NCBI RefSeq assembly: GCF_006345805.1
Contig: NC_043017.1
Location: forward strand, 3,658,001-3,722,000
Source: Octopus sinensis
Lineage: Eukaryota
Direction of reading: 5' to 3'
Length of the DNA: 64,000 nucleotides
Under the pieces are notes generated by a model. It saw only the letters and a program-made list of their open reading frames with translations. It made no database searches and was not told where the DNA came from. Below, one piece after another: positions 53,233 through 64,000 of this stretch (the stretch's first letter is position 1; the number at the start of each line of letters is the position of its first letter). The position numbers and the translations under genes are program-made.

Positions 53233-53452
53233 TACGAAGGGGTGTTGAAAATCCCTCGCTTTGGGTGAAAGAAAATACAAGAGGATCAGTTAATTATGAT
53301 TTTATTCAACTTATTCCCCTCTCAGATTCACGCACTTATTGAGGCGGTCCTTCAGCTTTTCTAATCCCTGTAAAAGAACTCGGAAGGTTAGGCCTCCAAC
53401 CAGGCTTTTCGCGATACTCTTAAAGCCAGGAACTTTTCAGTAATCCTTCGTA
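53233..53452 (-). mobile_element. Mariner MITE, same family as 25493-25708
   Basis: TIRs tacgaaggggtgttgaaaa / ttttcagtaatccttcgta; internal homology. Confidence 0.78.
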
Positions 53453-53576
53453 AATAGCGTTGAGATTGTTTAACTACATGTTACGAGTGCAAAAACTTAT
53501 ACTGAAACTGTCTAAGGGGGACCCTTTGTGCAGGAGCGAACAGAACGGAGATAAAGATGGAATGAAGACGACTTAC

Positions 53577-53741
53577 CTCGGATTGGTATCTAGCCTCCAT
53601 GGAAGCAGACATTCCCTCCAATTGACCTTCAAATTCTTGGCGGATTTCTTTCAGGCAGTTGCCGAGTTCCGTAGTCCAGTATTCTCGCATGTCAGGAATG
53701 CTATTGTCCTTGGAGAGAAGGGCTCGATACTCTTTGATTTC
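53577..53741 (-). CDS. IF exon (L12/coil 2 start): EIKEYRALLSKDNSIPDMREYWTTELGNCLKEIRQEFEGQLEGMSASMEARYQSE
   Basis: Acceptor ctgtatag, donor GTAAGT; 165 nt, phase 0-0; EL...LKEIR.E.E motif. Confidence 0.95.
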
Positions 53742-54414
53742 CTATACAGAAAAATATAAAAAAGCAAGATGATATATCGGTTAAAGAAATACACCCCACC
53801 CCAAAAACACGGCAGCAGCAGCAGCAGCAACAACGGTGACAACAGTATCAATATCAAAGTAACAGCAACAACAGCAACGACCTTAATTATTTCCGGTGTG
53901 TTCTATCAAATTAAATTAATAATAATAAATGTGAAGCCGACAATGCTTCCATTTGTTTGAGTGAGTCGAACGAACGTGATACACGATTAGCACTTTAACA
54001 AAGTAAAAGTTTATTAGCACAAAATTAAATGGCTCCAAAGTGGGGAACCTGTGACCTTATGAAGGACGTGGTGGTGGATCATTATTACACTGGATTATAT
54101 TTTTATTAATTAATATTTAAAGCCTGTAAGGTGGTGAGCTTTCAGAATCGATGGTACAAAGGGCAAAGTGCTTAGCGGCATCTCGTCCGGCTTTACGTTT
54201 TGAGTTCAAATTCTGCCGAGTTCGACTTTGCCTTTCATCCTTTCAGGGTCGACAAATTAAGTACCAGTTGCGTACTGGGGCCAATGTAATCGACTGGCCC
54301 TCCCTACTAAAAGTTTCGGACCTTGTGCCTAGAGCAGAAATGAATATTTAAAGCCTGTAAAGCGGTAAGCTCGCAAAACCGACGGCACGCAGGGCACTGA
54401 TAATGTGAGTCACG

Positions 54415-54750
54415 CTTTCGATCCTCTTCCCACACATTCTGCAGAGGTTCGTTGCACTTGTGTGGTAAATATCTCTTTTCACTGAATTGGTATTCAATGC
54501 CTGATCCTAGGCAGCAACGATTAGGTCTTCAGTATTCTTTTTTTAGCTCATCCTTGCTGAGGGCCTCCATGGTGCTTCCTAGTTTTTTAATTTGTTAGTT
54601 TCACTGTGGAACCGGCCATGTAATTCCATGCAGAGTAGGGTGTCTTCTCTATCGTTGGCTGTTCGCGATCGGAATTCCTGAGCATTCAAGTCCACTTTTG
54701 GTAAATCCTTCTGTATTAGCAGCATAGCGTAGCAAGTCTTGTTTGCTGTT
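54415..54750 (-). mobile_element. R4/Dong-like LINE fragment
   Basis: LKKNTEDLIVAA*DQALNTN...CRMCGKRIES. Confidence 0.7.
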
Positions 54751-54878
54751 ACCAAAAATATTCTAACATGTTTCTTCTTTCACTCATTCAACTATTTAGC
54801 TACCGCTATATATATATATATATATATATATATGTTTATGAAAGAATGGAGTTGAACGACTTAACAAATTTCCTTTAT

Positions 54879-54959
54879 TTTCGACATATGTTTCGAAGGC
54901 TGCATATTCCTAATTCCGAAGGAATAAGGAATACATTATGCAGATTTCTCATCAGGAAA
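54879..54959 (-). ncRNA. Type I hammerhead ribozyme with extended stem II, sense to the IF pre-mRNA
   Basis: Minus strand: tttc-CTGATGA-gaa..ctgcata...tatgcag..ttc-GAAA-CATATG-TC-gaaa; complete core, GUC site, palindromic stem III. Confidence 0.78.
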
Positions 54960-55600
54960 GGCAAGGAACTGATGTCGACATCAAAATGCACAAAAAACTT
55001 TTAGCTGACTGCTTTCAAGGAGCCCATGGCGATAATGAGTGTCTGTTTATAAGGAGTGACGTCAGAGTGGCTGAATGAATATATATATATATAGCGTTAG
55101 CTAGATAGTTGAATGATTTCTCTTGCAAGAAAGATTATAGAGTGACCTCCCTTTCTTAGTTTCTCGAAGCATCTGTGCCATGAGACTTGATTCTTAATTA
55201 TTCAAGAAGCGTTTCTCTTGGAAGTTTCTAGAATGTCTAGTGTTCCATTAATAAAAACAGCTTGCTTACCCTGCTCTTCGCTTCTTAGTCGATTAGACTT
55301 AGAGCCATTCAAGTCATTGCTATGTCCGTCTATTTCTCACATGACAGAAAAACCACCACTTTCCTGTTGTTTCTATATTTCCTATCTCCGAACTCTCTTG
55401 CATAGATTACTTCATTCAACTAGATTCTACATTTCGATTATGTATCATCATCGACCAGTAAATAAAATATATTTTTATGTAGTAAATATATAGTTCTTGA
55501 ATTTATTCTTCATCTCTATATGAACTCTTGTAATAATATACACGCAGCCATATCAACACCTGGTATTGGATATATATTCCCACTACACACACACACACAT

Positions 55601-55662
<62 letters not shown>

Positions 55663-55748
55663 GGATGGATGGATGGATGGATGGATGGATGGATGGATGG
55701 ATGGATGGATGGATGGATGGATGGATGGATAGATAGATAGATAGATAG

Positions 55749-55821
<73 letters not shown>

Positions 55822-55826
55822 CTTAC

Positions 55827-55922
55827 AGCGTCGGAGACCTCTCTGAGGAAGTTCAGTTCATCTTCCAGTGAATTAGCCCGATTGGTTTCACCCATGCGTT
55901 GAGCAGTTTCCTCTTGCAAGTC
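55827..55922 (-). CDS. IF exon (end of coil 1B): [32 protein letters not shown]
   Basis: Acceptor tttatttacag, donor GTAAGT; 96 nt, phase 0-0; matches IF consensus L.EEt..R...en...sL.eEL.Fl. Confidence 0.95.
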
Positions 55923-56239
55923 CTGTAAATAAAAATAGAATTTTTCATTTTAGTTTTTAGTTTAAGAACCGTATAAGCAAAAAATATATGGATCTTCCAT
56001 CACTTTCGGTGATGAGTCTTTCCGTTCTTTGACCGACCAATGGAACTACAAATTCATTGGCTTAAAGTGGCTGAGTTTTTCATAGACACAACCATACCTT
56101 ACGCAAATATCTGGCAGAATCATATTCACATAATTTGTGGCAAAAGTGGACATTGAATTACGAATACAGGCTATTTGTACTGGCTTCCTTTGCGTTACGA
56201 GGCCAATGTGTGTTTCCGGAATCCAGGCAAATGAAACTT

Positions 56240-56700
56240 GGATTTTTGGAGTGATACATAAGTAGGGGATTTAATTTCATATCACCAGCGGTATTTCTTC
56301 TCAGAAGAGAGCGTTAGGCGATTTGTTTGGAAGCCTTGAATTCCGGTGTTAATTTTTCTTCTCGAGAAATACAAGTTCTTGCAGGCGTGAGCTTCTAGAA
56401 AGGTGCGATTTCATCAACATTGTACACTTGCTCCTTCAGCAATCCTTTTTGTTTCTCAGGTGCTCGGGATGTTTATTGCAACCTCTGTATCAGCACTGGC
56501 AGCTTCACCAGTCATTTTTGGTTTGTAAAATTTCAAGCACTTCTTAAACCTTTAAAATCAGATTTTTCTAACCAGAAAAGTATTTTCATTAGAAGTTTCA
56601 TCTTCGTTTCTCAGAAAATCGATATACAAATTTCTGGCTAATTTTTATTTACCGTTGTGCTTATTGGAACATTACATCTAGTTTCATTCGCGATCCATAA
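56240..56700 (-). mobile_element. Tigger/pogo transposase remnant
   Basis: GEAASAD (56489-56509), QVYNVDE (56410-56430), EEK..PEFKASK, NTAGDMKLNPLL. Confidence 0.85.
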
Positions 56701-56821
56701 ACTCAAGAGCCATCCCATTTTAAGTACCTAAGAAATGATATGGTCCGATCTCAATGAACAAATAATATCCAACAGTTAACAGGGTAACTTCTTGAACACT
56801 TATATATATATATATATATAT

Positions 56822-57512
<691 letters not shown>

Positions 57513-57959
57513 ATACAAAATGGAATATTCCTATAGGCTATTATTTACACGATTAACTAAAAGCTTACTTGTTAACCCTTTTAATTTCTTATTTAATCTT
57601 TGTATAGAAATGATTATATTCTTATAATTTTGGCCTGTCCGGTTTTATTTTGTCATTTATATTTTTATTCTTATTCATATTTATCTATTCGATACTCAAC
57701 AACTAACGGAAATTTCACGATGTAGTATCTTACTGGATTTTACCACGTGAAAGGCACTCTGAGGAAGGAAATATTTATATAGAGGGAGTTAAAATTTTTC
57801 TGAAACGGCCATACGTTTGAACTGATCATTTCAATCGCCTGTCGAGGATTATCTGAGTATTTTGGCTGATCATGGCTATCGTATGACACAAATATTGTTC
57901 CTTGGTGGTTATGCATAGCTAATATTATTCATAATGGGAATGGAGTCCATAAAAAGGAA

Positions 57960-58030
57960 GTAGAACACTTGGATTAGACCCCAAAACCATCAGATCTCAA
58001 CATAATCGGAGAGTTTTCGTGCATTTTAAG
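57960..58030 (+). mobile_element. Tc1-like transposase remnant
   Basis: VEHLD*TPKPSDLNIIGEF resembles L.WP.QSPDLNPIE. Confidence 0.45.
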
Positions 58031-58489
58031 ATGAATTCAGAATTAGAAGTTTGCATTAAATAGACGTGAAAAGCATGCCAGTGTCTGACGATCAATATGT
58101 CCACCAGATGTGCAACGGGGTTTAAAATCTAACAATATATAAAGTGCGGACTTTTAGCTATAATCGAAAGTTAACGATATAGGAGTATCGTCGAAATGGT
58201 TACGTTTGTGTTATGTTATTGCCAGGCAGCCTGTCACCTTTTCCCCTCTCCAACTTTCTCTTCCGTTCTCTGTCCATATAATTTTCTCTCTCTGTTTAAA
58301 TACCTTCTTAAATCCCGTGTTAACTTAGTCACAAGACCAAACATGTTTGCATCCATATATACATGTATGCATGCATGCATAGATACATTCACACATATAT
58401 ATATATATACATATATATATATATGTACATATATATATATATAATATATATATATATAATATATATATATATAATATATATATATATAC

Positions 58490-58520
<31 letters not shown>

Positions 58521-58890
58521 ATATAATGTATGCATGCGTACATTCATGAATATATACATACATACACGCATACATACATATATCTTTGCAAGCATACATA
58601 CATTCCTACATACATACATACATACATACATACGTACATTCATACATACATACATACATACATATATACACTCATACATACATACATACATACATGCATA
58701 CATACATACATACATACATACATTACCGAAGCTGCGACTACAAAATCTCGTGATATCGCTGAGAAAGATTAACCTCAGAATCACAAGGTTGGAGAGCGAA
58801 CTTTTTTAACCACGCCCACAAGACATTATTAATTTGCATAAGGGGTGACAGGCTTAAGCAGTGATGCGTTTCTATCCACATTTGTTAGCA

Positions 58891-59186
58891 GTTCAAATAT
58901 GCTCCAAGCATACTCGAAACCCATTCACTGTATTTTGTCATGAAGAAAATCTCTTGCTGTAGACCAAAAGATGTAAATACATCGACTCAGCCCACAGTGC
59001 TCCCTAATCCGACTGTGGGATGCACGCATTTCGGAGTGCATACATCTCACAGTTTGGTTAGTGTGCGCTGCAAACTGATTCGGGTTCCCCCCAAAAAACT
59101 GTTCACATGAAAAAATTGTTCCTCCATGAGAAAATGCCGAGAATGGTTTACTTACGGGTTCGAATATACCTCAAGCATATTTGAAC
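58891..59186. mobile_element. Possible MITE with about 31-bp imperfect inverted termini
   Basis: gttcaaatatgctccaagcatactcgaaaccc versus gggttcgaatatacctcaagcatatttgaac. Confidence 0.4.
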
Positions 59187-60461
59187 TTGTAAGAAGTTTT
59201 CAATTATTAATTAACACATAAATTAAAAGTTTAGTGTATATTTATAATAATATTTAATTATTCTAAGGCCGCGAGCAGGCGGAAACGTTAGCACGCCGGG
59301 CGAAATGCTTAACAGTATTTCGTCTGTCGTTACGTTCCGAGTTCAAATTCCGCCGAGGTCGACTTTGCCTTTCATCCTTTCGGGGTCGATAAATTAAGTA
59401 CCAGTTACATACTGGAGTCGATCTAATCGACTAGTCCTCTTCCTCAAAATTTCGGGCTTTGTGCCTAGAGTAAAAAAAAAACATATTTAATTATTCCGTG
59501 AAGGCGCTTGGCTCAGTCGTTAGAGCGTCGGACTCTTAATCGTGAAGTAGTGAGTTCGATTCCCAGACCGAGCAGAGTGTTGTGTTCTTGAGCAAGACAC
59601 TTTATTTCACGTTGCTGCAGTTCACTCAGCTGTGAATTGTGACGTCACAGCTGCAAAGCTGTATGGGCCTTCGCCATTCCCCTGGATAACATCAGTGGCA
59701 TAGAGAGGGGTGATAAGTACGCACGGGCGACTGCTGGTCTTCCATAAACAACTTTGTCCAGACAATTGCCTCGGAAGGGAACTTCTAAGTGCAATCCCAT
59801 GGTCATTCATGACTGATAGGAATCTTTACCCTTACCGTTTATTAAATTATACTATAAAGATTGAGACCCCTTCGGTCATGAATGACCATGGGATTGCACC
59901 TAGAAAGTTACCCTCCGAGGCACATATCCGGGCAAGGTTGTTTATGAAAGACCAGCAGTCGCCCACGCATACCAGCCACCCCTCTTCACACCACTGATGT
60001 TATCCTAGGGAAAGGAAAAGGGGCCGATACAGCTTGGCTCCAGTGACGTCGCAACTCATTTCTACGGCTGAGTGAACAGGAGCAACGTGAAATAAAGTGT
60101 CTTGCTCAAGGACACAACGTCGCCGGGAATTGAGCTCACGACCTTATAATCGTGAGCCGAATGTCCTAACCACTAAGCCACGCGCCTCCACGGAGGTCAG
60201 ATACACACACACACACACACACACATACACACACACACACACACACACATACGACGGATTTTTAGTTTCGGTCTACCAAATCCACTCACAAGGCTTTGGA
60301 AAGCGGAGGCAGCAGTAGAAGAAACTTGTCCAAGGTTCCACGCAGTGGGACTGAACCCAGAACTAGGTGGTTAAGAAGCAAGCTCCTTAACACACACAGC
60401 CACGGCTTCGCCTACGAAACAGTAAAGAATTCGGGTTCTAATAAGTTAAATTACATCTTAC

Positions 60462-60648
60462 CAATCTAACTTGGTGAAGTTGGCCTTCCAAATGGCCGTG
60501 TCTAGCTTTCCAGTCAGCGAGTTGTTTCTCGAGTTCTTGAACCTTCCTTCTCAGCATTTCGCAGTCAGCAACACGTCGAGAGATGTCATCATTGAGAGTG
60601 TCAATGGTGCATTGCTGTTGGTCGTTCACATCAGTGAGATGACGTAAT
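60462..60648 (-). CDS. IF exon (coil 1B): LRHLTDVNDQQQCTIDTLNDDISRRVADCEMLRRKVQELEKQLADWKARHGHLEGQLHQVRL
   Basis: Acceptor ttacag, donor GTAAGA; 187 nt, phase 2 to 0; heptad-like sequence. Confidence 0.9.
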
Positions 60649-60712
60649 CTGTAATATGCAAACGCGAATGATGTTTATGGCAGTAAAAAGAAATTGCATA
60701 TGTAAATGTCCG

Positions 60713-60813
<101 letters not shown>

Positions 60814-61095
60814 GTCTGCTTGTCTGTCTATTTTCCAACACACAAATACATACATATATTTTTTGGACTTACAACACTTTTGCATAATAGCAACGATATA
60901 TATATATATAAAATAAATATAAGAGAGTGGTCACTATATGGCTCACTCTAGCACCAGTTAATCCAAAAGGTTTCAACCACAAAAATACATGATTCCCATG
61001 AAAGTCAGTACGATTGTTAGCTCTATATATATGTATATAAATGCTTATATATATTTGTATGTGCGTATATATATATATCGATACATATATATATG

Positions 61096-61152
<57 letters not shown>

Positions 61153-61487
61153 GTAAATTAAAGGAAGACATCAAAAAAGGTATTACCAAAAAAAAAAATT
61201 TAGAGGGAAAAACAAGGAGGTTGTGTCAGAGAAGCTGACGGCATATTTGCAAATAAATTGTAAAAGAGGAAAAAGGAAGAGAAACAGGGACCTGTTAATG
61301 TATTTTCGAGTCTGTCTGTGTAATAAACTATAGACTAATCTGGCCCACGGATAAATTTCAAAATAAGGAGGAAAAAACGGAGAATAAACAAAGTGTAAAC
61401 AAAAAAATCAACACATGTATCTAACATACACATACAGATACATATACACAAACATACTCTTTTACTTGTTTCAGTCATTTGACTGTG

Positions 61488-61534
<47 letters not shown>

Positions 61535-61894
61535 TATATATTATATATATACATGAGCACTCCATCGGTTAAGACAACGAGGATCCCAGCTGATCAGCTG
61601 ATATGATCAACGGAACAGCCTGCTCGTGAAATGAACGTGTAAGTGGCTGAGCACTCCACAGACACGTGTACCCTTAACACGTAATTCCCAGGGAAATTCA
61701 GCGTGACACAAGAGTGTGACAAGGATGGCCCTTTGAAATACGGGTACAACTTATTCTTGCCAGTAGACAGGACTAGAGCAACGTGAAATAAAGTGTCTTG
61801 CTCAAGGACACAACGCGTCGCCGGGAATTGAACTCACAACCTCACGGTCATGAGCCGATTGCCCTAACCATTAAGCCACGCGCCTTCATATATA

Positions 61895-61929
<35 letters not shown>

Positions 61930-62872
61930 ATAAATTTAATGCACAATACATGGATGTGTCTAATCCGGTGGTACTCACAAAAAAGCTTCTTCAGTGGACC
62001 AGGCTGCCAACCACATAGTACACCAATATATGTGTGTCTTGTCATTTTCAGTTATAACTATTTAGTACGTACGTACATAAAAAAAAAATTATCTTTTCAA
62101 TTGACAAATGTTTGAGATTCTTGTCAAGATATAAAAGTTATTCCCCTTAATAAGATAAGGCTTGGTGGTTTTCTTCTAGCTCATGATATGGAATGGGATA
62201 TAAACTGCCCGAGCTCCGTTACGAATATTTGTAAATACTACAGGGCCATTAAGTGGCTAAGGTTACAGTCCTGTGAACGACAGTTAAGATCCCTGAAACA
62301 AGCAGAGACATTTCTTCTTGCTTGCTTTGTCAAATAATACTGCAAGCTAACTCCTTATATATTTTTCCATAGCAGTATATTGAACCTTCAGATGTTATTT
62401 AAGATGTTGAAAACATTGGATTAAAATCACATACACTTTTTATTTTTTTAGAATGTTAATATGATATCTAAAGTGCATAGTGGTAACCCTTTGGGTTACC
62501 GAGCGATATCCCACCTCATATATATTATTGTATGTATATATATTATTGTGTATGTATGTATATATGTATCTATGTACGTGTGAGTGTGTCTGCGTATGTG
62601 TATGTGAGTATATATGTACGTATGTATTATGGTATATATGTTGGTGTGCTTAGGTGTGTTTCTGTGAAACGTGCACATTGACGAGAAACTTAGAAAGAAA
62701 TTGGTGTGTTTAAGCAAAAAGTATGTTGTGGCATTTATTCTCCACATATGTAAAGAAGTTTCTTCCTCTGACTGGCCATTGTAAATGGAGTGAACCAATC
62801 GATGTCTCGTTAAAATCCTATAATCAATGACACTATTGTTTACCAGCTCTACGAGACAAATAATCAAAATAG

Positions 62873-63357
62873 CTGGATTATTATGACTCAAGTAGGTAAA
62901 GTGACCCAACCGTATTAACGTAACCCAACTAGATTAATGTGTTCCAATGAAGTCACCTTGCCGCTGCTAGTTTATCTTATACCAACTGGATTATCGCATC
63001 CCAGCTTTGTTAAATTCTCCCAAAAGGGTTATTGCGCTTTGGTAGATTTTACACAGTTCACCTGGGTTAGCGCGATCTGGCCGGTTTAACACGTCCTACC
63101 TGATTTAATGCTTTCCATCTGGTCTAACGTGTCCAAACTGGTTCAACGCGTCTCAGCTGGTTCAACGCATTCCCGTTGGTTTAACCTGTCTCATCTGGTT
63201 TAACATGTTCCAGCTTGCTTTAAAATGTCTCAAATGCGTTAAAAGTGTCGCACCTAGTTTAAGTTGCCCCAGTTGGTTGACCTGGGACATGTCAAACCAG
63301 CCGGTACACGTTAATCCATTTAAGACAAGTTAAATCAGCTGAGACACGCTAAGGACG
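62873..63357. repeat. Diverged 19-bp minisatellite with internal orientation switch
   Basis: Consensus about CTGGTTTAACGTGTCCCAG; strict 19-nt phase at 63062-63213; four reverse units at 63282-63357. Confidence 0.8.
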
Positions 63358-64000
63358 GAAACTAATCTGAATAAAGATAACCGTTTCTTCAAAGAATGAT
63401 GTTTCATAATTGATGTTTAATGATCGATGTTTTATATAATGGGCTTTTGTCCATACTAATCGGCCCAGATTAAATTACTGTCACGGTTCAGATATTTTAC
63501 CTTATTTATAACTCTTCAAGTTAAGTCACGTAAATATTTGGCCAGTAATAATGGTTTCAAATTTTGGCACAAGGCCAGCAATTTTCGGAAGGAAGTAAAT
63601 CAATTGCATCGACACCACTGCTCGACTGGTACTTATTTTATCGACCCCGAAAGGATGAAAACCAAGGTCGACCTCGGTTGATCTTGAACTCAGAACGTAA
63701 AGACAGACGAAATGCCGCTAAGCATTTCACCCGGTACAATAACGATTCTGCCAAGCTCGCCGCCTTATATTTGACCAGTAATAATAAACGTGTGAATAAG
63801 ATTTTCACTTCATGACAACAAGGTTTTGCGTTCGTTCCTCCTGCGCGGGCCTTTGACCAGTGTATTCCATCTTAGCTTATAGTAGAACCAAGCCTTCTGA
63901 GTGAAGTTGTTAGGGTCGGGTGTCCCGAATGTGTTCGTAGGGGATAATTTGTCATCAGTCACATAGTTTAATATCGCTAAGTGGCCGTTAGATGCATCTT

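Noticed and set aside
57755-57815. Hammerhead-like CTGAGGA...GAAACggccaTA
   Set aside because: Stem I does not pair and the stem III base pair is broken; at most a relic.
62873-63357. CRISPR-like repeat array
   Set aside because: Units are contiguous and diverged with no unique spacers; eukaryotic context.

Overview
AT-rich, microsatellite- and SINE-saturated animal DNA. The repeat repertoire and gene suggest an octopus or other coleoid cephalopod (inference, no database check). One clear gene is present: a minus-strand protostome-type cytoplasmic intermediate filament (IF) gene with a lamin-tail domain. Ten coding exons (60648 down to 33439) join in frame through GT-AG introns into about 425 aa, from coil 1B through YRKLLEGEENR and the LTD to ...ERALLHVKYSG*. 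The first coding exon (head, coil 1A) was not found and probably lies beyond 64000. The rest is transposon debris: several tRNA-headed SINE families, RTE and R4/Dong-like LINE fragments, Penelope-like (PLE) remnants, mariner/Tc1/Tigger/hAT pieces and MITEs, and a non-autonomous Helitron. The most striking pattern is a set of short (TA)n-embedded elements carrying type I hammerhead ribozyme motifs, several folded back into long near-perfect hairpins. Most lie in IF introns, and one well-formed copy lies in the sense orientation of the pre-mRNA. Also notable are two possible routes to a tail-less IF isoform, an inverted-repeat-bounded telomere-like 37-bp array, and a diverged 19-bp array with a polarity switch.
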